A DNA stretch of 64,000 nt from assembly GCF_009914755.1 (NCBI RefSeq), contig NC_060940.1. One strand, given 5' to 3'. Positions 14,852 through 29,573 of the stretch are shown here, piece after piece (the first letter of the stretch is position 1; every line of letters begins with the position of its first letter). The position numbers were made by a program, and so were the translations under genes. The stretch comes from the human T2T-CHM13v2.0 reference genome, Homo sapiens. Under the pieces are notes generated by a model that saw only the letters and a program-made list of their open reading frames with translations, ran no database searches and was not told the DNA's origin.

Positions 14852-15162
14852 ATTTATTGGATTTTGCTTTGGATGTTTGGCTTAGCTGCCATCTTCCATT
14901 CTCCGTATTTCTTGGTTCAGATTCTCAAGAGAGAGAATTGGATTGGCCAAGAGCAGTTCAGGATCCTTCCAAGGCAGGCAGGCTAGGACAGAGTGGTGGC
15001 AGGGCCTTCTCCTCTGGGTTGGAAGGGTCATTATTAGATGGGAGGTTCATGTACTAGGCAGACACTCCAAAATGTCTACTACAAACCTCCACACTGGTGG
15101 GGAGCACTGGCCAGCTTATAACCACACACACTTCGGTGGGCTATAAGAAATCCAAAGCTTTA

Positions 15163-15297
15163 AGGTTGTCTGATTTAGCAAAAAAGAAAGTTATTATAAG
15201 TATTTAATAGTTGTGACATATTTAATACCAGGAAATTGTTTGTTGTTTATCTGAAATTCAAATTCAACTGCACATCCTGTATTGTATCTGGCAACTT
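15163..15297. mobile_element. MER53 (hAT MITE), internally deleted
   Basis: ggttgtctgatttagcaaa...gttgtttatctgaaattcaaatt.aactg...tcctgtatt.tatctggcaac. Confidence 0.75.
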
Positions 15298-15599
15298 GAC
15301 CTAAGGGTGAGGGTTATCCTTCTTCGTTGGAGCTGTCATGGAAAAAGAATTGGGAAAATTTTAACTCTGAGTCTCAAACTAAGTTTTTCATGCCCAAGGG
15401 CTGCTTGTATTCATGTCCTGTTTGTTTTCTGTGATCTGTTTTCATTTTCAAGAGAAGCAACCTGGTTTGATGAGAAAACAGATACCCCGACACTGAGGTC
15501 TGAATCTGCCACTTGTGGACTGCATGATGCTGAGCAAGCCAGTGAGGTACCTCTGTCTTCTCATCTGGAAACCAGGCATCGCCATGCCTATTTCAGAAG

Positions 15600-15674
15600 G
15601 GTCCTGTGAGCTCCATCCCTGTTGTTCCAAATGGTAACACTTCCTTTGTTCTTCAGGCTGAATAGTATTCCATC

Positions 15675-15727
<53 letters not shown>

Positions 15728-16398
15728 TACATATATATACACACATATACATATATACACATATGCATATATACATATACACACTTATGCATACATACAT
15801 ACATACTCTACATACATGGATGTATATACATCTTCTTTATCATTTCATTCATTAATGAAGCACTTAGATTGTTTCCATTCTTTGGCTATTCTGAAAAATG
15901 GCGCAATGAACGTAACAACACAGATAAGTCTTTGAGATACTGAATTTAATTTCTTTGGAAAAATATCCAAAAGTGCTCAGTGAAACAAGCGAGACAGAGA
16001 GAGGCAAATACTGTATGATCTTCCTTCTATGTGGAATGTACAATAGTCAAACTCATAGAAGCAGAGAGTAGAAGGGTGGTTGCCAGGGGGTGATGGAGGG
16101 AGAGGGATACAGGGAAATGTTGCTCAAGGAGCACAGAGTTTCAGCTATGCCGGATAAATAAGTTTTGGAGATCTAATGTACAGCGTGGTGACTGTAGCTA
16201 ACAATAGTGTTTCACACTTGAAATCTGCTAGGAGCAGAGAGCTCAAATGTGTTGTTCTTAGCACACACATACACACACAATGTAACCATGAGAGCTGATG
16301 GGTATGTTAATTGTTGTAATCATGGTGATTATTTCACAATGAATACATACATCAAATCATCAAGTTATGTAACTTGAAGATGTACAATTAAAAAAATT
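15600..16398. mobile_element. L1MA-type 3' end with 5' inversion (15600-15975 minus, 15974-16398 plus), containing a (TA)n(CA)n microsatellite
   Basis: The two arms are consecutive pieces of the L1 3' consensus in opposite orientation, and there is an A-rich tail at about 16390. Confidence 0.8.
15677..15830. repeat. (TA)n(CA)n compound microsatellite
   Basis: Directly visible. Confidence 0.95.
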
Positions 16399-19055
16399 AT
16401 TTAAATATTGTTGTGAGGAAGAATACCTAGGGGGATACCAGCCATGCGGCAGGTTCTCAACTAATACATGTGTTCCTTCTCCTTGCCTACTCATCATACA
16501 AACAGAAACACCAGTATCTATTATCGTTATTGAGTAGCTATGATCATGTATATGCCAGCTGTGGGATCGTGTGCTGTTCAAGCACTGTCTCATTGAATTC
16601 TGGCAACAATCAAGTGAGAGAGCTACTATATCCCTCTCTAATTTACTGATGATGAAACTGGGGCTTAGGATGGTAAAAGAGTAGTCCAGGGACACAAAGC
16701 TTCTAAACAGCAGAACCAGGATGTAATCCTGGGGCTGGGCGCCTCCAGCGTTCAAGCTGCCAATTCTCAATACTTTTCCTTGTACTCAGAAAGCAGACAT
16801 CCCATTGTGTGGCATGTGGAACAGTTGCAGTGTTGAATCTACCCTCTGTTCAAGTGTAATTGGGCCTGCAACCACTTATTGACTAATATTTGTTGAGTAT
16901 TTACACCATTGCAGGCTCTCTTCTGGACAGTGGGAATGCACTGATGAGCAGGGAAAGTCCCTTCATGGAATTCCAATCCCAGTTAGGACACAGACAATAA
17001 ACAAACAGACACAAGCAAGACCGAGCATCATATTGCAATACGTGATATAAAGAGAATGATATGGAGGAATGAGAGATGTGACTGTTGGTTAGGGAGTCAG
17101 AAAGGGATATTTTGAAGAAGGATGTTCCCGGAACATTTCTCTGAGGAGGTGGCCCGTGAGCCAAGACCTAAAGCAAACATGGGGAGATGCAGACGGAGGG
17201 CTGATGGCAACAAGAACAAGCCAGGAGTGATATGGGCTCAGCGAAGAGGCCGGTGTGAAGCAGAGTGTGCAAGGCAGAGAGGTAGGAGATGAGGTCAGAC
17301 CACAGCAAGGAGGTAGAGATTTATTCCTTGGTGATGGGGAGATACACAGCGCCAACCACAGCTTCAGAAGAAAGCCCTCCTGTCTCCAAGGCGCTGAAGC
17401 CTGCATGAGGAAACCAATCATGCCACTTATCGCCCCAGTTTGAAAAGTAATTGCAGACACATGTGAAAAGGGCAGGGCAATCTTTTCTGCCAATTATGTG
17501 CCCTGTTATTAGGCGATTAGAAGCTGGTGAAGTCACGGTGTGAGGGATTAGCCGCACAATCTCCTCTCCCACCGCCTCCTCATTTCTGCTGCTTCTCCTG
17601 AGGGCACACTCTTCCTTCCCCAGGGAATGGTCCCAGCTTGAACAGGTGCCTTTCCAAATGATGTCCTCTAAAGCAACTTGTCCTTGTTTGTAAAAGAAAA
17701 ATGAGACCGGCAAGAGACCCTTAAAAAACTGCAGCTGAAAAGCAAGGTGACAATATTGCAGACTTTCGAAGGGTCTTGTCCTGAGTGTTCCCAGAGCTGG
17801 GAATCCACCAGATTGTGTTGGTCCTTGACACACTTCCATTCATATGCCCCTTTCGTGTTTTATTCAGTTCTTATGCCTGTGTACACCTGCCCATTTCTGT
17901 GGGTCTTTTCTTCACTGATTTATCCAGCTTCTCATTCTTTAAGCCAATACTTAACTTAGCACCTATTTTCTGCCTGGCACAGAGCTATTCTTTTAAATTA
18001 ATGGTGAAGTCTAGTGGTTAAGAGCTTTGGGCCCAAACAGTCCTGAATTCAAATCCCAACTCAGCTCCTTCAGTTCTTCCTACATTTAGCTGTGTCATCT
18101 GTGTACATGTTTAAGTCATATAACTTAATGGGGACAGTGGAGGGATGGGGGTCTCTGTCTCTCTAATGCCCTTCATTCATCCTCATTCTCAGCCCTGATG
18201 GATAGGAGACTTTCAGCCTAGCACCCTAACACAGGGTAGATGTCAGTGGTGGCAAGAGGACGTTGGTTGCTGTGTAGTGTCCCACTCTGGAGGTGAAGAT
18301 CCAAGAGCAGGGCGGCTCTGCAGGGCGTGGCCTCTGAGGGCAGGACACGTGGGCGTCGAGGAACTGCATGAAGCAGGAAGGCTGGGAGGAAGAAAGAGAG
18401 GCAAAGGGAAAAGGGAGCAGAGACAAGATAAGGGGCTTGCCACACCATCAAAGAGGAATCCCTGGGGCCTGAATAAAAGCCAGCTAAGCCATCCTGTTCC
18501 TGGGCTTCTATGGAGCTTGGTTGGCTAAGGGTGTAACCTCAGGAACCAGATTGCTTGGGGTCAAATCCTGATTCTGCCTCTGTGAGCTGTGTGAGCTTGG
18601 GCAAGGGATCAAACCTCTCTGTGCCTCATTGTCTCCTCTATACAAAGTGAGCCTAATAATAGAACTGACTTTGTTGGATGGCTTAGAAGGATTCCATGAG
18701 TTCATACACACAAAACGCTTACAGTTACGCCCACCGCAGATTAAGCGTTAGCAATTGTCCAAATCTAATTGTTCTACTCTTCTCCTTTCCTGCCCGCGTT
18801 TCACCAGAAAACTTGCTGTCTGGGATATTTGTTTTGTTTGCTACTATATTCCCTGTTCTATTTCCTGGAACAGTGCTCGAACCCAACTGATATTTTTTAA
18901 AGTTTGTTTGAATGGATGAATACATGAAAGAATATGTGAATTACTATCCTGTGTACTTTGTGTTCTTGATCAGCTCTGTGTGATAATGGGCTCCCTGCCC
19001 AACCTTTCAGATATTGTGGGCATAGTGGCAGTGTGGCATGATAATATTAATTGTA

Positions 19056-19353
<298 letters not shown>

Positions 19354-22300
19354 TGGTAGCACCTGCTTTCTGAGGATAGAGGAGCATGATACCAGGCCCC
19401 CGCCTGGCACAATGAAAGTGCTCAGTCATGTTACTTGTTAGCGACATCATTGCTTTGTGTGGTATACCCCCTCTTTCATGACACCTGAGTGCTCACCAAG
19501 GCTTTTTGACCATGGTGAAGAATCTGACTATGATTGATATGATTGAGAGATGAAGGATCTCACTAAGACTAGATAACCTGGATTTTCCATTCCATGTGGC
19601 CAGGCTCTAGGCCTGTAACTCTCTGGTCGTGACTTCCTGGAATCAGCTAGAATTTTGCTATCTTGTGATTGTTTACCACTGTTAGTATACACCCTGTCTT
19701 AGATTCCACAGAATTGGCAGAGTCTGAAATATTTAGAAACATTGGGTCCAGTGAACAGTCCCATAAATTGTGCAGGTGTCCAGTTCTGCCACCCAGGGGC
19801 TGATTCCAAATCCTTGGTGGCCGTTCTCTTCTCCTAAGTTATGAACTTCTTACGTTGCTAGCTAATACAGGTACTTGAGTTTTGGCACATTCCATAAAAC
19901 ATAAGGATTGAAAGGGATCTGTAGAATAGCCAGTTCAACCCTGTCATAATACAGGCTAATATGTGTTTTACATGAACAAGCCATGTAGTTTGTATAACAG
20001 TCTATGAAATAGAAATAGGCACCAGCCCTTTTTATTGAAGGGGCATCTGAGATTCAGGAGTTAGCAGTTCTACAAAGCTAGAGATATGGCCTGTTCATCT
20101 TTCTATTGACAGATGAAGAGAGGCAGTATGGCAAGCTGGTCAAGTGTTTGTGTTCTAGAGCTGGGAGCTCTGGATTCGCACCCCTTTTCCACTAGCAATT
20201 ATGCCTCAGTTTATTCATTTTAAGGTGAGAATAGTGATAGAACTGGCCTCTTAAGATTTTCATAAGTGGTAAACAATCTGACATGTAACAAGTGCTTAAA
20301 ACAGTGGCTGACACATTACCAATGACTGTTAGCTATTAGTTAATTAAAATGATAATTATTATAATTGATAAAATACGATATTTTACATAAATAATAAAAT
20401 AATATAATAGTAAATTTTAAGATAAAATAATCAACCCAATTAATTCTCAATTAACGTTTGTTATTATTTCTGTAGTTACTCCCACCATGTGGCACAGTAC
20501 TTGGCAGATGGCAAGTGCTCAACAGTGATGAGTTAAGTAACTCACCCAAGTCTGGCTCTAGTAAGTGACAGAGTGGAATTTAAACCTAGGCTGTTGGATT
20601 CCAAAGGCTGTGCTTATTAGCAAGAAAGGAAACCAAGTCTTCAGAAACAGTGATCTGTTTTCACTGCAGCAAAAGTAAGCCTCAGAAACATGTCCAGGAT
20701 CCAGGCGCTCTGACTCCCAGGTCAATGCTTGGTCCTCAATGACGTAGGTTCCTTCACCCCAGGGCAGGTTTGCCTATCACTGGTTATTGGTGAAAGGAGA
20801 TAATCGTATTTCCTATGGGGCTGGTTATGATTCAATGAGAAAAGCATGAGTGTAAAGTGCTTGGAAAAGTGTCTCACACTTAATAAATGTCACAGCTCTC
20901 ATGATTACTTTTCATGCATGCATTTATTAATGCATAGGTGCTATTTTGAAGTGCTGTGCGTGCTTGCCACTGGGCTTATTGAGGACATAGATAAGAATCA
21001 GACTTGTTTCTTCACCTCAGGCAGCTCATGGTGCAGTGAAGGACTCCAGTAAATGAACAATAACATGTTGTAAGTGCATTTAACCCAGCCTGGGTAGATC
21101 AGGGGCAAATTCCTGGAGGAGGTGGCACTTCCTGGATGAGCTATGGTCCACTGTGTGGACCTAGGCCTGCAGAGGAGAAAGGTGATATAGATAATTCCAA
21201 GGAAGCAGCAGGTGCAAAGGTCCTGAGGAAAATGAAGTAGCCTCACCTGAGGTGGGATGAATGGGAGAATGTTCTCTGTGGTTGGTACTTGACCTTTGTT
21301 GTGGGAGATTAACATAGAAAAACAGCTATATAGGATCTTTATGCATGGCATCGAATGCCAAGTTAGGGATTTGGACTTTAACCTAAGGGCAATGAGAGGC
21401 TACTGAAGGTTGTACATAGATTCCACAAAGACCAGGGACAAACTTGCTGTTATTAACTGCTGAGTAAAATTATGCATGGATCATAGTAGACATTTGATAT
21501 TTATTGGTTGAATTAAAAATTGCCCTGGCAACAATGTGGAAATAAGACTGAGGAGTTTGGGGAGACTGGCAACCTACAAACCAATTATTTAGTTTGATTC
21601 CAGAAATGTACTTCTTTTCTTTTTCCTTTTTTTTTTTGTTTTACTATATCTTGCTTTTTGTAAAAACAACTGCTGAATGAATGAATGAATGAAGAAGGTG
21701 TTGTCATAGTCTACTTTCTTTGTTAAGAGAGAGACAGTTTATGGGCATCCAAGGCAATGTTTCCTGAGAGTACTGAAGTAAGTAAGTTCTGGAATAAATA
21801 ACCATTTAACCCCCAAAGAATAGTAACTGGGCCATGGACATCTTCTGGGAATATGCTGAGACCTGTCTCTTCACCCAGAAGCCCTATGACAAGCAACGAG
21901 AATTCTTTATCTTCTCTCTTGACACTCTCTGATCTTCGGAGTCTCCTGGGGAGAAAAAGTGAATCAATAGATTCATTACACGAACAAGAACCTGGCACTC
22001 TGAAAAGGCTTTAGATGAATTCCTGACCTGTCAAGTAAGAGAAAATAGTGTTGAAAATACTCTACCATGTCTTGTTCAGGTGTGCCCTGGTTCAACTCAG
22101 TATCTCCAGATTCACCTTGGGACAGTGGCGTACTCAGTCCACCTAGGCCATGTCCCACAGCCCACAGGAGATTGGTCTTGGCAAAGAGAATAGGTTGTAA
22201 TCTACTTGGCTTGCCTGCAGGGCCCCTGGGCCCTTGGTCTTATGGTTTATGTAATATGAGCCTTATAAATATGCATGCTTACTCCTGGCCATATTTTTGC

Positions 22301-22449
22301 ACAGAGGTTCCTTGGCAGTGTCCTGCCATCATCAAGCGTTGGGCCACTTGGTATTTCTGATGAGATTAATGCGTTTAGAGAGTCACTGGTCCATCCACTC
22401 TCATTGGCTGTAAGACCATCTGTTCATTTATTTCTTAAGAAATAGATTA

Positions 22450-22746
<297 letters not shown>

Positions 22747-24289
22747 GGAATAGATTATTAAGTGCTTGTCATGAAGCAGGTATGGTCCTAAGTAGTGGAG
22801 TCCAATAATAAATTAAGAGCTATGTAGTTGCCATCATGGAACTCATATTCTAGTGAGGGAAACAAACATAAAAAGCTAACAACAAATAAAATGGTGACAA
22901 ATGATAGGAAGTGACACGAAGGAAACAACCAGGACATAAGCCAATGAAGGGTGACTGGAGAGGGACAGCACCTCTTCTGAAGAGGTGACATCAAAACAAA
23001 TTCTGGGAGGATGAAAATGACCTAGAAGTTGGGAAAAGGAACATTCCAGATGGAGAGACTAGAATGTGCGCAGGGGTGGGGAAGAGCTTGACAGATTTGA
23101 TAGCCAAGAGAAGGGCAGAGTGCAGTGAGCAAGAGGGAAGTGGAAATGGAATGAATTTGGAGAGGGAGACAGGAGAGAACTTTGTAAGACATTGTGGGCC
23201 GTGGTGAGCTTCCCTTTTCTGTCATGCGCTAGGAGAGAATTTAATGAGTCAACATACTCACTTTCAACTTTTATGCATTGGAAACAGGACCAGCGGAGAC
23301 CATTTCTATGTCCATTTGGAGTGTTGGGACTGAATGGGGATGCAAAAGAGGACTGCACTTTGAGAACCACTGCTCTGGGAGATGGATGCTGAGGTACAAG
23401 AGATGTACTGTTGGATATTTTGTTTTGCTGCAGTAAATGTAAGTATTCGAAACAGCAGACTTGCAGGGCTAAGGAAGAACTCTACGATGCACCTGCACTC
23501 TCTTAGTGATGCATCCCACTCCTGTCTATTAAATATCTGCTCAGTGCCAGGCAATGTGCAGGCAATGAGTATCCGAGAGAGAGGGACAGACATCATCCCC
23601 GACCTAATGGAAAATGCACGCCCGTCATTTTAAACCCACAGAAGCTCAGATTCAAAAAACAACAGAGTCTTAGATTTGCCTTTTCTGGGTCTCATTTGGT
23701 TAAATTCTGACAGCTGTCACACAATCAGAATCATTAAAATCTAGTTTTCTGTGCTTAACTTGCTTCCACCGATTAACTTTCCCCAACTTATTATAGTGGT
23801 CCTGACCTTGGTCTATTCATAAAAGACCATAGCAACCACTAACCGGATGGGTTGCTTTTTATAGGAGCAGCACAGTTTTATCTACTAGAGGCATTGGCAG
23901 ATTTGGATTACATTGTAAATAAATTTATCCAATGCAAACATTCACCAATCTGCATTGCATTGTAAATACATTTTCCCAAGTGATTGTTAAGTGATGGCCT
24001 TACAATCATGTTGGCATAAGAAAAACAACCAGAGAGAGATTCAGTAGCTTTGTAGTAAGTGTTGATGAAGGAAATGGGATTTGTAAGGTGACAGTCAGCT
24101 TGGATTAGATGGATGGAAGGAGAGGGCCATTTGGTGAGTCAAGGAATTATCAAGGAATTGAATTTGTGATAGACATTAAGTGTTGGCCATACCTATGTAA
24201 ATATCTATGTTAGATGTTAAGTATTCAGCTTTTTGCCCTTTCCCTGAGCTATACATAGTCCCAAGAAGGGGTATTATTTATATACAAGT

Positions 24290-24705
24290 CATCTATTTCT
24301 GGATAAAACAACCACAGCAATCTCTGTGTCATATGGCAGTAAAGATTTATTCCAATGGATTGGCTGAGGTTTTGCTGGTCTGATCTAGGCTGGGGCAGTC
24401 AGATCTCACTGCAGGTCTGAGATAGAATGGAGTGTCTCAGCTTCACATGGTTCTCACTTTCTTGGACCAGCAAGACATACAGGAAATGTTCCTTTCATGG
24501 AAATGGCAGTGGCATAAGAGAACAAAGGGCTCTTAAGACATATGCTTAGAAGTGCACACTGCCACCCCCATCTCATTTGATTCACCAGTGCAAGCCAAAC
24601 GGACAAGCCCAAGGTCAAAGTGGAGTATATTCACTCCACCTTTGATGAAGCAAGAATTAGATCCAGGTAGAGGTGAAGAATTAGGGCTCAAAGCAAATCT
24701 ACCAT
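24290..24705 (-). mobile_element. Old MaLR LTR (MLT1 family)
   Basis: cacactgccac...aagcccaaggtcaa..tgg..tatactccacc pattern. Confidence 0.5.
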
Positions 24706-25481
24706 ATTCATAAGTAAGTTTTCATTCATCTATTATTGTATAGGCTCATGTTATATGCCAGACACTGTGTGGGGCAGCAGGAGAGATGTCCATGTCATAT
24801 TCCTATACCACTCACTAGTTAGGAACCTGATAAAAAGAGTTCTTTCTCGCATTATCTTCTATATGTTGTGTACGACAGTCTGCTAAGAAGTCTCTCTTCC
24901 TCTATTCTGGCCCTTAATTCAACCCATCTTCCAATGTGGCTGGAATGATCTTCCTAAACTGTAAATTAGATATTAAACCTCTGTTTAAGCAGTTTAAATG
25001 ATTCCCTCTTGGCAGTAGGATAAAGTTCAGTCTCCCTAAGGTTGATGCTTAAGCTGGTTCTCATCTGAACCCCTAAACTGCCCAGCCTTGCCTTCTGCCA
25101 TTCCTCTGGTTACCAGCCACTTCCACAAATGCCTTTTTTTCTTCACTTTCCCTTTGTTCTAGCTCAATGATTCCTGACTTGGGGACCAGAGATGGGCAGA
25201 TTGGGACAGGAGGGCTGTGAAGTCATTGCAAGAGATCTTATCTAAATACACAGTAAGCGTTGCTTGTCAAGTGAATAAATAATACCTCCTGACACAAACA
25301 CAGGCACTGTCATTTTGGACCTTCACCTAGATGCGATTGTAAAGAATGAACTTCAAATTCTGCTAGAAGGAAGGGTTGAATTATGAGCTTTCCTTTGCAG
25401 TTATTTCTTTTCTCATCAATGGATATGAAAAATACAACATCTGCGAAGTGGAGACCCATGATGGTTTTTGACACATAATAG

Positions 25482-25822
<341 letters not shown>

Positions 25823-26072
25823 CCCTCGTGTTTTCTTAAACACATCTTGATCCTTCATACCTCTGGCTACCTTGACTGTGTTTCAGCACCCCCTGTAGCA
25901 CATTATAACATAATTTCTCCCAATTAGTCATATTTTCTTAAGCATACACACCATGCATCATAATTTATTTCCCTGTTGCTTAACTCAGGGGCTAATATGC
26001 AATAGGCACTTTAGGGATACTTTTTAAATGAATAAATAAATATTTGTGAGTGAGTAGTGGAGAACTCTCTGG

Positions 26073-26252
26073 AGCATTGGTTTTCAAAGTGTACATTCCA
26101 AGGGCTTGTAAAACACAGAATGCTGGACTCCACCCCTGAATTTCCAAACTAGTAGAACTAGGGGCCTGATCTGCCTGGGAATTTTTCATTGCTGACAAGT
26201 TTCCAGGTGATACTGATGCTGCCAGTCTTGGGCCACACTGTAAACGTCATTG
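26073..26252. mobile_element. MER5-family DNA transposon fragment
   Basis: gggcttgtaaaacacag..tgctgg..ccacccc...acaagtt.ccaggtgatactgatgctgc. Confidence 0.7.
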
Positions 26253-26917
26253 TCATACTAAATTGGCACTGAGATGATTCTCTGTGTAAAAATAACCCCA
26301 GCCACTAATTTTGGGTAAGGGAGACACCTAGAGGGGGGTTTTAACTGCTTCTTGTTCAGAGAATAAAAATTGGTGTCTGAATGCCCAGTTTTGCTTCTCA
26401 TGAGGGACTGAAGTACTAAAGACAATTGGGCCAATTTAACTGAGATGGCCTAAAAGTCACCCCTGGTTTCATCTCCATTGCTAGTGTGGAAGTCACGCTT
26501 GTATTAAACATATTCACAGAGGACACTGTATTAGGGCAGAACCTAAAAAGATGAAGGAGTATTTTTTGTCTTATTCTTAGATGTGTGGGCTCTGCCTACA
26601 TCGAGGAAATTCAGAAGGATATCACACCCTGTGTGTCCTCCACAAAAGATCTTCAGACACCCACAGGCTCACACATGTTCTTCACTGTGTCTAGTCCTGG
26701 TCTGGACTATTGTGAGAAGACCTTGCATCGTAGGGAGCTACATGTGATGGGCCTCTCAGCATCACACATTTTTCAACACAAAAGCCAATTAATTCACCCG
26801 CTCAAACCAAGTCTTCTAAGCACCTGCCGTGCTCCAGACCCTGTTCTGAGCACGCAGCAGTAAAAATACAGAAATGAGCTTACATTCCAGAGGAAGAGAC
26901 AGACAACAAGCCAACAG

Positions 26918-27290
26918 ATGTAATCACTCATTAATTATTGCTACAAAACAAATTACCTCAAAATATAAAGCAATTGTTTATTTTCAGGTCACATACCTGC
27001 TGATCAGCTGAGCTGGGCAAATTTGGCTGGGCAAGCATCTGTGGGCCCATGAGGGGCTCATATTTCCTCCTAGGACCGGCGGGATAGCCCACAAATGCTC
27101 TTTTCAAGGCATCAGTAGGAGCTTTTTCGAGAGTAAGCTAAAACACAGAGGGTCTCTTGGGACCTGAGCTTATAACTGGTACCCCATCCCTTCTGCTTCA
27201 TTTCATTTGTCACAGAAGTTGCATGGCTAAACCCAAGGCCAAGGGGCAAAGGGCACAGATGCAGGTTGGAGTGAAGGATTGAGATGACAA
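26918..27290 (-). mobile_element. Old MaLR LTR (MLT1 family)
   Basis: attgcta.aaaacaaattac.tcaaa...catggctaaacccaa. Confidence 0.5.
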
Positions 27291-29565
27291 CGCAAGCAAC
27301 AATGCGTAGCAGAAGGTCAAGTAACATAGGGGGCCAGGAAGAAACACGAAGCAGTGTTTGTGGCTTAAGAGTGATCAGGAATGCTACTTTTGGTCAGCAT
27401 TCTGGTAGCCAGGGAGACTTGTTGTAGGACGGTGCATTGTCCTAATCTTGGGTGTTTTTAGCAGGTGTTCCCATTGTAGGGAGTGAGACATTAGCATGAA
27501 GGTATTTTGCAGTGCTGTGTGATACAGGCTTCCCTGCATGCTGTCCAAGTGGGTCTCTGTTATCCAGGTCCCCAGACACGCCTAATCACTGGGTTGTTGC
27601 ATAAGGGCTCCTAGCTGGATTAATCCCGCTCTATACAAATGCCTCATCATAGCAGCACATTGAAAGCATAACAAAATTTGAATACATTATCTCTGCTGGA
27701 CTATATGCCAGTCACTCCCTCCCCCCAGCACACACACACCCATGTGCTTATATGCATACACACAGGAACATGCACGCACTCACACAGCCACATCCACCCA
27801 CTGTGGAATGCCTTCATCAACATCAGCCAAGGACAGGAAACAAACTCAACCCTTGGCACCCACAGGAGGCAGCTACTGGCTGTTGGATTATTCCCTCCGT
27901 GCCAAAGCTAGGCTGATGCGTCTGGAAAAGGGGTGTGAACCTCGAATGTGTCTAAAGGCAGACACAGCTTCTTGAGGAGCCCACAGATGCTACAGCAGCT
28001 GGGGCTTGGTCGGGGGATGATACGGGGTAGGCGGTGGAGTGGGGATACGTAGGGCTCAACTTTAGTATTTATTTGCCACATCAATCAATTAATCAGCCAA
28101 AAAACCCTTATTAGGGAACTGAATAAAAAGCAAAGCAAAACGAAGAATGGATTTCTTCTTCAGAAGCCTTTTATCATTGGAATGAAATAATTTTTCTTCT
28201 GTCTTTGTTGGACAAAATATGATCTCTTGTTCTTTGTTGAAGTGCACGTTCTCTGAAAGTCGAGAGGAATAGATGATAGAGGGGAAGAGAAACATCAATA
28301 TTTACAACAGTCCTGGGAGTGTTATCATGTTATCATTCGCATTTTATTGATGACATACTGAGTCTTAGGGTACCAAACTGACTTGCCTCATATATGTGGA
28401 ATCTGAAGATCTCAGTTCAGGTCTAATCTTTCTGACAAATCTTTTTCCACCTTAGTAGGCTTGGCATGTTTTGAACCTCGTGGGATTACAGAAGTGAGCC
28501 TCAATGCCTAGGGAGACTCCAGAAGACAACTCCTCTCATTCCTTAAAAGCCAATCTGTGGGGATTGAGGTGAGGAAGGAGTGAAGACTGGCCCTTTGGGC
28601 ACACCCACCTGGAATCAGGCAAGGTTTACTGGAGCCACTCTGCCTGCCAGCAGAACAGCCCAGGAAAAAAGCCTGGGACCTTTGCAAATGCCTGAGCAGG
28701 ACTTTGCAGGGGACAGAGTCAGCAGGATTTTCACCAAACGACATCCATCTTAATTGGTAGCATCAGACTCATGAGGTCTTCTATGGCCTGGACATCACAG
28801 ACTCTCATTACTGGTCGTACTGCCAATGGCCTCCTTTTATATATAGTTGATGAATTTGAGGACAAACCAGAGAATTGCCCTTGGCCAAACCAAGCTGTCT
28901 CACCCAAGATTTTTCCCCTCCTTGGGGAAATACTGGGGCAAAAAGCACGTCCAGGGAAACCAATCTGCCTGACACTGGCAATTAAATGCTCCAGGCTTGA
29001 AGGGACATGGCACTTTTGCACATGGCTCATTGGCTAGATGTACACACACTGCCCCACCCCAGCAACAAGGGGGCCAGTAAATGCAATCCCACCATGATCC
29101 CAAAAGGGGAAAAATTGGAAATATTTGGTCATCAGCACTAAGGACAAGGGAATGGGGAGACCACAGAAGGCCAGCAGAACTGTAAAACTGACAGCACCGA
29201 ACTGTCCTTAGAACACAGCCTTGAAAACTCCCTCTTCTGAGGGACTGCTTCCCTTAACTGAGCTGCTGCAGATGGAAACCTAGCTAGATCCTCATCTTCT
29301 GCAGTCTAGTCCCTCACTGTGGTTTATCACCTCCCAAGCTGTCCTCTGCTCTCTTTCCCTATCTTTGTGTTGCTAAGCCATGGACTCAGTTTAGCTGGCC
29401 CTGAATTACAAGATGGCACCTTCCCTGGAATGGAGAAAAGTCCGGATATTTCAGGATGCCTTGATTTGAAGCCTGTTTGACTCCAAAGTTCTCTGGTTTA
29501 CTCCCACCTGTGGGAAACGTGAGGCTAGATCTCCACACACATGGATTCCAAAGTGTCATGATCTG

Positions 29566-29573
29566 TGACGTCA
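29566..29573. promoter_or_regulatory. Full palindromic CRE (TGACGTCA)
   Basis: Exact 8-mer with intact CpG about 1.8 kb upstream of the ATG. Confidence 0.4.

Noticed and set aside
14744-15855. Lys/Glu-rich and YI/HT-repeat ORFs
   Set aside because: Translations of GAAA and TA/CA microsatellites.
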